From Candidatus Gottesmanbacteria bacterium GW2011_GWA2_43_14 (GTDB lineage Bacteria > Patescibacteriota > Microgenomatia > 2-02-FULL-39-11), in contig LCFP01000007.1 of assembly GCA_000999095.1 (NCBI GenBank), positions 5,013 through 69,012 of the forward strand: 64,000 nt of DNA, given 5' to 3'. This document shows, in pieces, positions 55,944 through 64,000 of this stretch (position 1 is the first letter of the stretch; every line of letters begins with the position of its first letter). Under the pieces are notes generated by a model that made no database searches, was not told the DNA's origin, and saw only the letters and a list, made by a program, of their open reading frames with translations. The translations under genes and the position numbers were made by a program.

Positions 55944-56557
55944 AAAAGCCGCTGTATGCCACTATCGGTATTGATATAGACAATACCATCTGCGATTCCT
56001 ATCCGGCCTATCTGGAAAAGTATAACATCAAATACCGGAAACAGGTCCAACTGACTGAAATCCTTGATTTCTATTACCTGAATAATCTGGCCAATCAGGA
56101 AGGTGCCGGTTTATCCGGTTTTATCGACGAACTGGTTTTAAGTGAGGAGTTCCAAATTTCCCTAAGACCTGTCATTGACGCTCCGGAAGCAATACATGCC
56201 TGGTCCCGTGAAGGCCACCGGATACATTATGTGACCGCCCGTCCGATCCAAATGTACAAAGTAACTAAAAAATGGCTGGAAAAGCACGGTTTTTGGTTTA
56301 CAAATACCCGCCTGGATCTTTTTAACCCAAAAAAAGGTTATCAAAGCGATATAGATTATAAAATTACTGTTGCGGAAAAATCCGGCATCAAAGTTTTTAT
56401 CGAGGATGCGGGAGAAATCGCCAGCGCTTTGAAAATCCCCGTTTTTTTATTTGACCGGCCGTGGAACAGGGGGAAAATGCCTGATAATGTCCAACGGGTG
56501 ACAACCTGGGAAGAAATAGGGGAAAATTTACCCGACGTTTTACAAAGGCAGCCTTAA
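55940..56557 (+). CDS. HAD-superfamily hydrolase, possibly a nucleotidase.
   Basis: A GTG start overlaps the cysS stop. The DIDNT motif is HAD motif I. Confidence 0.5.
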   Translation: MKKPLYATIGIDIDNTICDSYPAYLEKYNIKYRKQVQLTEILDFYYLNNLANQEGAGLSGFIDELVLSEEFQISLRPVIDAPEAIHAWSREGHRIHYVTARPIQMYKVTKKWLEKHGFWFTNTRLDLFNPKKGYQSDIDYKITVAEKSGIKVFIEDAGEIASALKIPVFLFDRPWNRGKMPDNVQRVTTWEEIGENLPDVLQRQP

Positions 56558-57570
56558 AAGTGCTGCCTATAGAAATCGAGGCTTCTGGTATAAGCCGAAT
56601 CCCAGGCTCCTTGTTGGAAATTATGGTTTTCGCCCGGGTAGGTAAAATATTCGATGTCTTTATTCTTGTCATTTAATGATTGATAAAACTCATCAGACCA
56701 ATACTTCGGAACTTCCCAATCAGCTTCACCCTGGTGCAGTTGGATGGGAGCTTCTATCGAATCCCAAAATCCACTGATTGAATATTGACTGCTGTCATAC
56801 CGGCTTTCAAAATCAGCCACCAGTTTTCTTAAAGCCCGTCCCTGGTCATCGAATTCGTCAGTATAAAAAAGGATAGAATAGGGAAAAGAGCGGGAAACAG
56901 GCGCCCAGAGCACAGTAGGATAACCGGCTCCGGTTATTTCCAATACAGCCAGAGCAATATGACCGCCGTTGGAATGCCCCCAGATGCCGATTTTATCTGC
57001 TTTGGCCCGGTTGATCAGACCTGCCATAATGAGAGAGTCATTTAAATTATGGACTGATTTTATCAGGTTGATGGCTGTTGTGTAGGTTTCAAACCTCTCT
57101 TCAAGCGGGTAAGCCGAAGGCGATGCGGATTGTCCGTATCCTAAAAAATCCGGCGCCAGGGTGATAATACCTGCCGAAGCCAGAGCTTCTCCCATCCTTT
57201 GACTGCCTACTCCGGGTGAATAAATTGACCGGTCCACATACCCCCGCAAAAGTATGACTACCGGGTTGAGTATTTCAGTTTTCGGCAGATTAATCAGGCC
57301 GCTTACTTTTTTGCCGTCTGAGAGGAAATTAAAACTTCTGGATTGAAAATTGAGGCTGTCGTTTACGATTTCACCCAGTGAAATTTTTTGGGCGGGGAAA
57401 TTCCGCAGTCTTAAAGATCCGATTGAATATTTGTCCAAAATCCTGGGGTCTTCAACAGTATCTTTTACCGGGTTAAAAAGAGGGGGCAGTTGATAGTTTA
57501 TAAGACTTGCAGTGATGACTATAATCAGAAGTGTTACGGCCAGGGCACTTGTCAAAATAGCCTTTTTCAT
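56554..57570 (-). CDS. Exported alpha/beta hydrolase (S9/dienelactone hydrolase-like).
   Basis: An N-terminal signal/TM segment and the nucleophile elbow GHSNG. Confidence 0.7.
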   Translation of the reverse strand: MKKAILTSALAVTLLIIVITASLINYQLPPLFNPVKDTVEDPRILDKYSIGSLRLRNFPAQKISLGEIVNDSLNFQSRSFNFLSDGKKVSGLINLPKTEILNPVVILLRGYVDRSIYSPGVGSQRMGEALASAGIITLAPDFLGYGQSASPSAYPLEERFETYTTAINLIKSVHNLNDSLIMAGLINRAKADKIGIWGHSNGGHIALAVLEITGAGYPTVLWAPVSRSFPYSILFYTDEFDDQGRALRKLVADFESRYDSSQYSISGFWDSIEAPIQLHQGEADWEVPKYWSDEFYQSLNDKNKDIEYFTYPGENHNFQQGAWDSAYTRSLDFYRQHF

Positions 57571-57630
57571 TTTATGGTTTGGGACTTATTTTAATTTACT
57601 ATTATATTTGTTATACTACCGGAAACAGTT

Positions 57631-57975
57631 ATGGACAATCTTTACGAATTGATGCTCGTCGGCAACAGCAAACTCTCCGAGGCTGAAGAAAAGAAGCTTG
57701 AAGGAAAAATTGCCGATTTTCTGAAGAATAAGGGAAAAATTCTGAAAAAAAGCCTGTTCGGCAAAAAAGAGCTCGCCTTTCCGATTAAAAAGGAAGCATC
57801 GGGAAATTTCTGGCTGTACAATTTGCAGTTAATCTCAACCGAAGTAAACCCTTTTTCGCAAAAGTTGCGTATGGAAGAATCAGTATTGCGATTTTTACTG
57901 ATAAAAAATCCGGAGGTCAAAACCAAAAATAAAACAGAGCCGGTAGTTAAAGTGAAAAAGGAGAAAAAAGCATAA
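57631..57975 (+). CDS. rpsF: 30S ribosomal protein S6.
   Basis: YELMLV and ELAFPI resemble S6 motifs. The rpsF-ssb-rpsR gene order is conserved. Confidence 0.75.
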   Translation: MDNLYELMLVGNSKLSEAEEKKLEGKIADFLKNKGKILKKSLFGKKELAFPIKKEASGNFWLYNLQLISTEVNPFSQKLRMEESVLRFLLIKNPEVKTKNKTEPVVKVKKEKKA

Positions 57976-58514
57976 TGTCGGCCAGATCTCTTAATAAAGT
58001 CACTCTTATAGGCAATCTGACCCGGGATCCGGAATTGAGATTTACACCCTCCGGAACGGCCGTGTGTACATTAGGGCTGGCAACTAACCGTTCCTGGACT
58101 ACGCAAACCGGCGAAACACGGGAGGAAACAGAATTTCACCGTATCGTGGCCTGGAATAAACTGGCGGAATTATGTTCCCAGCTTCTTGCCAAAGGCCGGA
58201 AAATTTATGTCGAAGGCAGGCTGGCAACCCATTCCTGGACCGCCCAGGACGGCAGTCAAAGAACTACTACGGAAATTGTTATTGACGATATGATTATTCT
58301 GGATTCAAAGAAAGTCGTTAAAGAATCTCAGACTGATGAAACTGAGGCGGCGGCGGAATCCGTTCCTTATGAGGAAACAGCGGAAGCTGATAAAGCCAAG
58401 GAAATTAAAGCAAAACCGGTAGCTAAAAAAACAGCGGTAGTTAAAGAAGAAAAGAAGGAGGCAGAGGAAACATCAGGCAGTGAAGACATCACCCCTGACG
58501 ATATTCCTTTTTAA
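57975..58514 (+). CDS. ssb: Single-stranded DNA-binding protein.
   Basis: OB-fold motifs and the C-terminal DDIPF tail. Confidence 0.9.
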   Translation: MSARSLNKVTLIGNLTRDPELRFTPSGTAVCTLGLATNRSWTTQTGETREETEFHRIVAWNKLAELCSQLLAKGRKIYVEGRLATHSWTAQDGSQRTTTEIVIDDMIILDSKKVVKESQTDETEAAAESVPYEETAEADKAKEIKAKPVAKKTAVVKEEKKEAEETSGSEDITPDDIPF

Positions 58515-58519
58515 AAATT

Positions 58520-58765
58520 ATGCGCCGAAAAATGATGAGACGTCCAAGACGAATAATACGTATTAAGGATTGCCCCTATTGTAAAAACTTAATTGAACCG
58601 GATTATAAGGAAGTCGACAATCTGAAACATTATATATCGGAAAGGGGTAAAATATTACCCAAATCTCTCAGCGGGATTTGCCAAAAGCATCAGCTGAGAC
58701 TGACCAAATCAATCAAACAAGCCAGATATCTCGCTCTCCTTCCTTTTTTAGTAAGGCCCTCATAG
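58520..58765 (+). CDS. rpsR: 30S ribosomal protein S18.
   Basis: CPYC, plus the conserved S18 core. Confidence 0.85.
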   Translation: MRRKMMRRPRRIIRIKDCPYCKNLIEPDYKEVDNLKHYISERGKILPKSLSGICQKHQLRLTKSIKQARYLALLPFLVRPS

Positions 58766-58778
58766 AGGTATTTAGCCG

Positions 58779-59507
58779 ATGCTATCACATATAAGAATTG
58801 CCCTTCCTCCTCAAGTCCACCTGACTGTAGAAGAAGGCGATCAGATTAGCGAGAATACGGTAATTTACAAGACAGGAGAAGAAGCGCTTGTTTCAGAGAT
58901 ACCTGTTGCTCAACTGTTAAAAGTCAAACCGGACCTGACAGTGAAATATCTGCGCAGAAGACCCGGAGAAGCAGTGGTAAAAGGTGATATTTTAGCCGAA
59001 AAAAAGGGCATCCTGGCTACACTAAGTGTCCGTTCACCCCATGATGGCGTGATAAGGGAACTGGATTTAAAAAAAGGACATATTATCCTGGCCGGGAAAG
59101 AGGATACACAGAAAACAAAAGTCAGCTTGCCGATTAACGGGAAAATTAAAAAGATCAGCCGTGCATATTTGGAAATAGAAGTTAAAGGTGAAGTTCTGGA
59201 AGGCAGGAAAGGCGCGGGCAATGACCGCTTCGCTCAATTGATGCTTATTCCGGACGACCGTTTCAATATTACGGATTTTGATGCTGACGTTGAAGATAAA
59301 ATCGTATATATTAAAAAAGCACCGCGCGAAGTCGTACTTAAACTCGATGTCCTTGGTGCTAAAGGATTAATCTCGGCAGAAATGGCGGAAGCAGGGGATT
59401 TTTCAGCGGTTGAGGTTGATATCGCAGAGGCAGGAAAATTACACAAAGCCGCAAATAAATGGATCTGGTTAAAACCCAGTGAAAAATTGATATTAATTAT
59501 CGATTAA
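58779..59507 (+). CDS. Hypothetical protein (242 aa) occupying the position where rplI usually sits.
   Basis: It does not resemble L9. It has a possible barrel-sandwich hybrid motif, KGDILAE...SPHDGVI. Confidence 0.5.
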   Translation: MLSHIRIALPPQVHLTVEEGDQISENTVIYKTGEEALVSEIPVAQLLKVKPDLTVKYLRRRPGEAVVKGDILAEKKGILATLSVRSPHDGVIRELDLKKGHIILAGKEDTQKTKVSLPINGKIKKISRAYLEIEVKGEVLEGRKGAGNDRFAQLMLIPDDRFNITDFDADVEDKIVYIKKAPREVVLKLDVLGAKGLISAEMAEAGDFSAVEVDIAEAGKLHKAANKWIWLKPSEKLILIID

Positions 59508-59513
59508 ATAAGC

Positions 59514-60767
59514 ATGATAAAAATTAGAAATACCGTTTTTATACTGATTTTGCTGGTTTTGACTTACGGAACCGGCTACAATTTCGGCCGGAACAGCATT
59601 CCTCCTTTTAAAAGAAACACGGTTGAAAGCCGTACACCTGATTTGCGCGGTTATGATTTTTCACTGTTCTGGGATGTTTGGGACAGGCTGAAATATTACT
59701 ATATAGATAAGGAAAAGTTGGACCCGGCAAAACTGATTTACGGTGCTATCAGCGGTATGGTGGCGTCTCTTGACGACCCTTATACGGTTTTTCTGTCTCC
59801 GGAACAAAACCAGGAAGCCAAAGATGATTTGGGCGGCAAGTTTGAAGGTATAGGCGCACAGCTGGGTGTTAAAGATAAGAAAATTGTTATTGTGGCACCA
59901 TTGAAAAAATCGCCGGCAGAAACAGCCGGTCTTAAAGCCGGTGACTGGATTATTAAAGTCGACGGCGAGGATACCGTCAATTGGACATTGCCCGAAGCAG
60001 TGTCCAAAATCAGAGGGCCTAAAGGCAGCCAGGTTATGTTGAATATCCTCCACGCAGAAGCGGATAAAAGTGAAGATGTCAGCGTATTTCGCGATGAAAT
60101 AAAAGTGGCTTCGGTTGAGCTGGATGTCATTTATCTGGATTGTACTTCAGACCCGGGAGCAGGCTGCCAAAAGGCAGATGCCAATGCTGCTTCCGGCCTC
60201 AAATTTTACCATTTGAAATTAGGCCGTTTCGGCGATAATACCAACAGTGAATGGAATAAAATTGTCAGCCAGATAAAAGCCCAATATAATCCCGGGACGG
60301 ATGCCGGGATTATCTTTGATCTGCGCAACAATCCGGGGGGTTACTTAAGCAGCTCTGTTTTTATTGCTTCGGAGTTCATAGACCAGGGTGCTGTGGTGAT
60401 TCAGGAAAATGCCGACGGCAGCAAAAAAACCTATAATGTAGAACGGCCGGGAAAGCTCCTGGAAATTCCTTTAATAGTCTTAATCAATAAAGGCAGCGCT
60501 TCGGCATCGGAAATTGTGGCCGGCAGCTTAAGGGTCAGGAACAAAACGAAATTAGCCGGTGAGACTTCTTTCGGCAAAGGCACGATCCAGGAAGCACAGG
60601 AATTGTCCAAAGGCGCCGGTATCCATATCACCACCGCCAAATGGCTTCTGCCGGACGGGACATGGATAAACGGAGAGGGTTTAAAGCCTGATGTTGAGGT
60701 TGAATCCGATTTAGAATCCGAAGATGACAACCAGCTACTTCAGGCGGCAAAAATATTGTCAAAATAA
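59514..60767 (+). CDS. ctpA: Carboxyl-terminal processing protease (S41).
   Basis: A PDZ domain and the catalytic GSASASE. Confidence 0.85.
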   Translation: MIKIRNTVFILILLVLTYGTGYNFGRNSIPPFKRNTVESRTPDLRGYDFSLFWDVWDRLKYYYIDKEKLDPAKLIYGAISGMVASLDDPYTVFLSPEQNQEAKDDLGGKFEGIGAQLGVKDKKIVIVAPLKKSPAETAGLKAGDWIIKVDGEDTVNWTLPEAVSKIRGPKGSQVMLNILHAEADKSEDVSVFRDEIKVASVELDVIYLDCTSDPGAGCQKADANAASGLKFYHLKLGRFGDNTNSEWNKIVSQIKAQYNPGTDAGIIFDLRNNPGGYLSSSVFIASEFIDQGAVVIQENADGSKKTYNVERPGKLLEIPLIVLINKGSASASEIVAGSLRVRNKTKLAGETSFGKGTIQEAQELSKGAGIHITTAKWLLPDGTWINGEGLKPDVEVESDLESEDDNQLLQAAKILSK

Positions 60768-60834
60768 TATTTTTGTTATAATACAATTGTATTTTTCAGC
60801 AAAATCTCAGTTAAATTAAATATAAATTAAGACC

Positions 60835-61998
60835 GTGATGAAAAGATTATTAGTTCTAATAGCCCTTTTCCTGCTACTGATTTTTATCGGTTCCTCAGGC
60901 AGGAATCTTGATTTTTCATTCGGCACAATCGGCAATCTTTTTAAATCCCAGGAATCGCAAATAGGTACGGATTCGGAAAAAATCAGGATTATTACTGAAG
61001 AATCGGTAATTACTTCGGTGGTCGACAAGGTTTCACCTTCGGTTGTCACCGTGTCAGTTGTCAGTAACCGCTCCTTGGGCCGCATTTTTGACGATAATCC
61101 GTTTGACCCTTTTGATATGTTCCGCCAGGGGCAGAGCCAGCAGCAGCGGGTGGAACAGGATATCGGTACGGGCTTCATCGTTTCAGAGGATGGATTGATA
61201 GTTACCAATAAGCATGTAGTTTCCGATACGGATGCCAAATACCGTGTTATCACCCATGATGATAAAAGCCACGATGTGGAAAAAGTATACCGGGACCCGA
61301 CCAATGATCTGGCTATAATCAAAATTGCCGACGGGGATTTAAGTCCGGTAGAAATCGGAGACTCATCCAAAATTAAAGTCGGCCAGCTGGCCATTGCCAT
61401 CGGGACTGCTTTGGGAGAATTCAGAAATACGGTCACCGTCGGTGTCATATCGGGGCTCGGCAGGGGAATAACCGCCGGCAGCCCCTTCGAGGGTTTTGTC
61501 GAAAGGCTGGATAATGTTATCCAGACTGATGCGGCAATAAACCCGGGAAATTCCGGAGGGCCGCTTCTCAACAGTGCGGGACAGGTGGTGGGTATGAATG
61601 TGGCTGTCTCGGCTGAAGGGCAGAATATCGGGTTTGCCCTGCCGATTGGTACGGTTAAAGAAGTACTGGACCAGTTTCAAAAGTCCGGAGGCCGTTTCGA
61701 AAGGCCTTATTTGGGGGTCAGGTATAAAATGATCACCCGGGATCTGGCTCTTTTAAACGAAGTCCCGGAAGGGGCTTATATACAGGAAGTCATTGAAGAC
61801 TCACCGGCAGATAATGCCGGAGTCCGGGTCGAGGACATAATCACCAAAATCGATAATCAGAAAGTGACGGAAAATGACGGCGGCTTGGCCAGGATTATCG
61901 CCGCTAAAAAAATCGGAGACAGGACAGCCCTGGAAGTCTGGCGCAACGGTGACTCCATCAATATCAGCGTCACTATCGGTGAATCCTCCGGCGAATAA
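60835..61998 (+). CDS. htrA: HtrA/DegP-family serine protease with a PDZ domain.
   Basis: GTGFIV (His region) and GNSGGPLL (Ser), a PDZ domain, and an N-terminal signal/TM segment. Confidence 0.9.
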   Translation: MMKRLLVLIALFLLLIFIGSSGRNLDFSFGTIGNLFKSQESQIGTDSEKIRIITEESVITSVVDKVSPSVVTVSVVSNRSLGRIFDDNPFDPFDMFRQGQSQQQRVEQDIGTGFIVSEDGLIVTNKHVVSDTDAKYRVITHDDKSHDVEKVYRDPTNDLAIIKIADGDLSPVEIGDSSKIKVGQLAIAIGTALGEFRNTVTVGVISGLGRGITAGSPFEGFVERLDNVIQTDAAINPGNSGGPLLNSAGQVVGMNVAVSAEGQNIGFALPIGTVKEVLDQFQKSGGRFERPYLGVRYKMITRDLALLNEVPEGAYIQEVIEDSPADNAGVRVEDIITKIDNQKVTENDGGLARIIAAKKIGDRTALEVWRNGDSINISVTIGESSGE

Positions 61999-62029
61999 CC
62001 TGGGAGGTTGCGTAGATACGCAACCTAGG
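61997..62029 (+). repeat. REP-like palindromic element, copy 3, forming the left flank of the RAYT gene.
   Basis: AACCTGGGAGGTTGCGTAGATACGCAACCTAGG, nearly identical to copy 2. Confidence 0.8.
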
Positions 62030-62043
62030 AAATTTTTACAGGA

Positions 62044-62715
62044 TTACTCAAGAAGTAAATGTTCAATCCTCTTTAATCCTCGTTGATAATCTGCTTGGTT
62101 TAAAATAAACTCTTTGTATTTTTCAGAATCTTTAAAAAATGACAAAATTTTTGTAGTATTTACGATATTGTTGTTACTTTTTAACAGATAAGATTGAAAA
62201 GATGACCATGGATAGGATTCAACATCAGAAATTCTTTTTATTAAATATGAAGTGTAGGGGTTTAAATGAATATAGCGTGAAACATGAATGAATTGATTTT
62301 CAGTTTCGATTCTTATCGCTTTAAATTGATTTAAAAAAATAGCACCGTCCTTTTTATTAAGACTGTTAAAAAACCGTGTATAACTATTTTGGAAATTGCT
62401 TAAAAATTTCGATATTCCATTGTCAAATTCTTGTTCGAGGAGGAAATGGAAATGATTTGGCATTAAGCAATAGCAATAAATTTGGATCATTTTCCGATCC
62501 TTTTTAAGGTCTTTTAGTATCTTTTGTCGCTTTTGTCGTTCCAAACTTAGAATTTTTGACAAGCTAAATGGGGGATTAAGATATTGGTATAATTCAAGTG
62601 CAAGAAGTGCTCTTTCATATTCCCGTTTCGAGGTAAATGTTGGTCGACGATCAATTCCTCGATTAAATACATGATAGATTTCATGATTGACTAAGGGTAC
62701 CAGTCGTCCGGGCAT
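62044..62715 (-). mobile_element. REP-associated tyrosine transposase (RAYT, IS200/IS605 TnpA-like HuH Y1 transposase).
   Basis: HuH motif LMPNHFHFLL and catalytic Tyr region SRYIHLNP. The product is 223 aa and is flanked by inverted REP copies. Confidence 0.75.
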
Positions 62716-62782
62716 ATGCTATATAAGATTATTATTCCTCTTTAAACAAGTCAAGTAAAGTTAACCTGCTTGTATACGGAAT

Positions 62783-62815
62783 TCCCAGGTGTGAAGCTAA
62801 TCAACCTCCCAGGTT
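62783..62815 (-). repeat. Diverged inverted REP-like copy, forming the right flank of the RAYT gene.
   Basis: The reverse complement reads AACCTGGGAGGTTG...ACCTGGG. Fourteen of fourteen 5' bases match the REP consensus. Confidence 0.6.
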
Positions 62816-62823
62816 GACTGGAA

Positions 62824-63525
62824 TCAAGCGGGGAGTAAGGTTTTCAGGGTTTCCGCAATTTTTTCCATTTTGCCTTCCATGATATCTTCCAGATTGTGCC
62901 ACGATTTGCCGATGCGGTGATCCGTGACCCGGTTCTGCGCGAAATTGTAAGTTCTGATTTTTTCAGCCCGCATACCCCGGCCGACTTTGGATCTGGCCGT
63001 GCCCAAAGCTTTTTCTTTCTTTTCTTCCTCCAATTCCCATAATTTTGAACGCAAAAGCGACAGGGCAATTCTTCGGTTTTGCTCCTGGAATCTCTCTGTT
63101 TGGGCTGTCGTCACAATACCTGTCGGTTTATGTTTCAGTCTGACGGCGGTTGAGACTTTATTGACATTTTGGCCTCCTTTGCCGCCGGCGCGGTAGAATT
63201 CCCATTCCAGATCTGAGGGATTGATGTATATTTGTGTTTCTTCAATTTCCGGGACAACAATCACGGTGGCGGTTGAAGTATGGATCCGGCCGTATCTTTC
63301 GGTCTTGGGAATCCTTTGCACCCGGTGGACTCCAGTTTCGGGCAAAAAGGTAAGATAGGCTGACGGGCCTGAGATCCGCAGGACATTTTCATCAACCAGT
63401 TCAGCTTTAAAACCCTTTGACTGGGAGAAGCGGCCGTACATTCTGGATAAGTCGGCAGCCCATATTTTAGCTTCATCTCCGCCTGTTCCGCCGCGGACCT
63501 CAATAATGGCTACATTTTGATTCAT
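62824..63525 (-). CDS. prfA: Class I peptide chain release factor of RF1 type, N-terminally truncated (233 aa, domains 2-4 only).
   Basis: A PKT tripeptide (RF1-type PxT), GGQ, and IHTSTATV. The protein begins at the point equivalent to ...[12 protein letters not shown], so domain 1 is missing. Confidence 0.65.
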   Translation of the reverse strand: MNQNVAIIEVRGGTGGDEAKIWAADLSRMYGRFSQSKGFKAELVDENVLRISGPSAYLTFLPETGVHRVQRIPKTERYGRIHTSTATVIVVPEIEETQIYINPSDLEWEFYRAGGKGGQNVNKVSTAVRLKHKPTGIVTTAQTERFQEQNRRIALSLLRSKLWELEEEKKEKALGTARSKVGRGMRAEKIRTYNFAQNRVTDHRIGKSWHNLEDIMEGKMEKIAETLKTLLPA

Positions 63526-63540
63526 GAAAGTATATTGAAG

Positions 63541-63867
63541 CTAAGAAGAGCCAAGTAGCATTTCACGCAGGGATTTTGGCCGACGGTCTTCTTTTTCACT
63601 GACCTCTTTTTTCTTTTTTTTCTCCTGGAGTATTTTCAGTGAGACTTTTGCCTTTTCCTGTTTCTTCTGGAATCTTTCTACCCTGCCCAGCGTATCGACA
63701 AATTTCATTTCGCCGGTGTAAAAGGGATGGCATTTATGGCAAAGCTCGACTTTGATAAGCTGTTTGGTCGAGCCGACTTTAAACATATTTCCGCAGGCAC
63801 AGACGACCTCGGCTTCGGGATACCATTTCGGATGAAGATCGGCTTTCATAATCCACGTATTATACAT
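63541..63867 (-). CDS. rpmE: 50S ribosomal protein L31 with a K/E-rich C-terminal extension.
   Basis: [10 protein letters not shown] and CxCG...[10 protein letters not shown]. The product is 108 aa. Confidence 0.8.
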   Translation of the reverse strand: MYNTWIMKADLHPKWYPEAEVVCACGNMFKVGSTKQLIKVELCHKCHPFYTGEMKFVDTLGRVERFQKKQEKAKVSLKILQEKKKKKEVSEKEDRRPKSLREMLLGSS

Positions 63868-64000
63868 TATTTCATTTCCAAGACAAAGAAGGTTAGGTAG
63901 ACGAGGAATAACAGAATTCCTTCCAATCTGGAAATGTCATTTTTACTTCTGGTGAAACGGTAAAAAAAGAAAAGGCCGAGTGTCATCAGCATAAAAGTCA

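Noticed and set aside
60816-61571. A 251-aa ORF on the minus strand.
   Set aside because: It lies entirely antisense inside the well-supported htrA gene, and its composition is low-complexity Ser/Thr/Pro, typical of a spurious antisense frame.
1-64000. Possible alternative genetic code (code 25 or code 4), given the CPR-like gene content.
   Set aside because: TGA terminates cysS (55941-55943), proS and several other conserved genes exactly at the expected C-termini. The standard bacterial code fits.

Overview
The window is a dense, low-GC bacterial chromosome segment that uses the standard genetic code; TGA is a stop in cysS, proS and ssb. Overall it looks like a small-genome, candidate-phyla-radiation-like (CPR-like) bacterium, although that taxonomic call is inference. 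The supporting observations are: rpsF-ssb-rpsR is followed by an unrelated protein rather than rplI; dnaX is short (348 aa); EF-Ts is short; and there are many Cys-rich secreted proteins and pilin-like genes. Coordinates 1-10575 hold a minus-strand operon that looks like a previously undescribed cell-surface system. It consists of a membrane-anchored ClpB-like double AAA+ ATPase with a degenerate first ATPase domain, three paralogous secreted Cys-rich proteins that share a C-terminal VPGLQKATCDP tag, two paralogous membrane-anchored cohesin-like proteins, and a giant type IV pilin-headed adhesin split by a perfect 85-bp tandem duplication. The rest of the window is mostly housekeeping: dcd, rarA, tmk, rpsB, tsf, frr, rseP, proS, rpsU, ybeY, dnaX, ybaB, ahcY, prs, recR, cysS, rpsF, ssb, rpsR, rpmE, ctpA, htrA. 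Purine and adenosine salvage is unusually prominent. There are two purA copies and two IMPDH-family genes, plus PRPP synthase, a PRTase, a PfkB kinase, a DUF62-like SAM hydrolase, SAHH and a nucleosidase-like gene. One purA/IMPDH pair sits in an AT-rich segment that also carries a VapBC module and a duplicated 3' fragment of the first IMPDH-family gene. Other notable items are a REP-like palindrome family flanking a RAYT (IS200-like HuH transposase), with copies dispersed elsewhere. A ~128-bp direct repeat flanks a retropepsin-like gene, and hairpin plus T-tract leaders sit directly upstream of purA and the cystathionine beta-synthase gene. There are also two SpoT-like HD-domain paralogs, and a release factor 1 that lacks domain 1.
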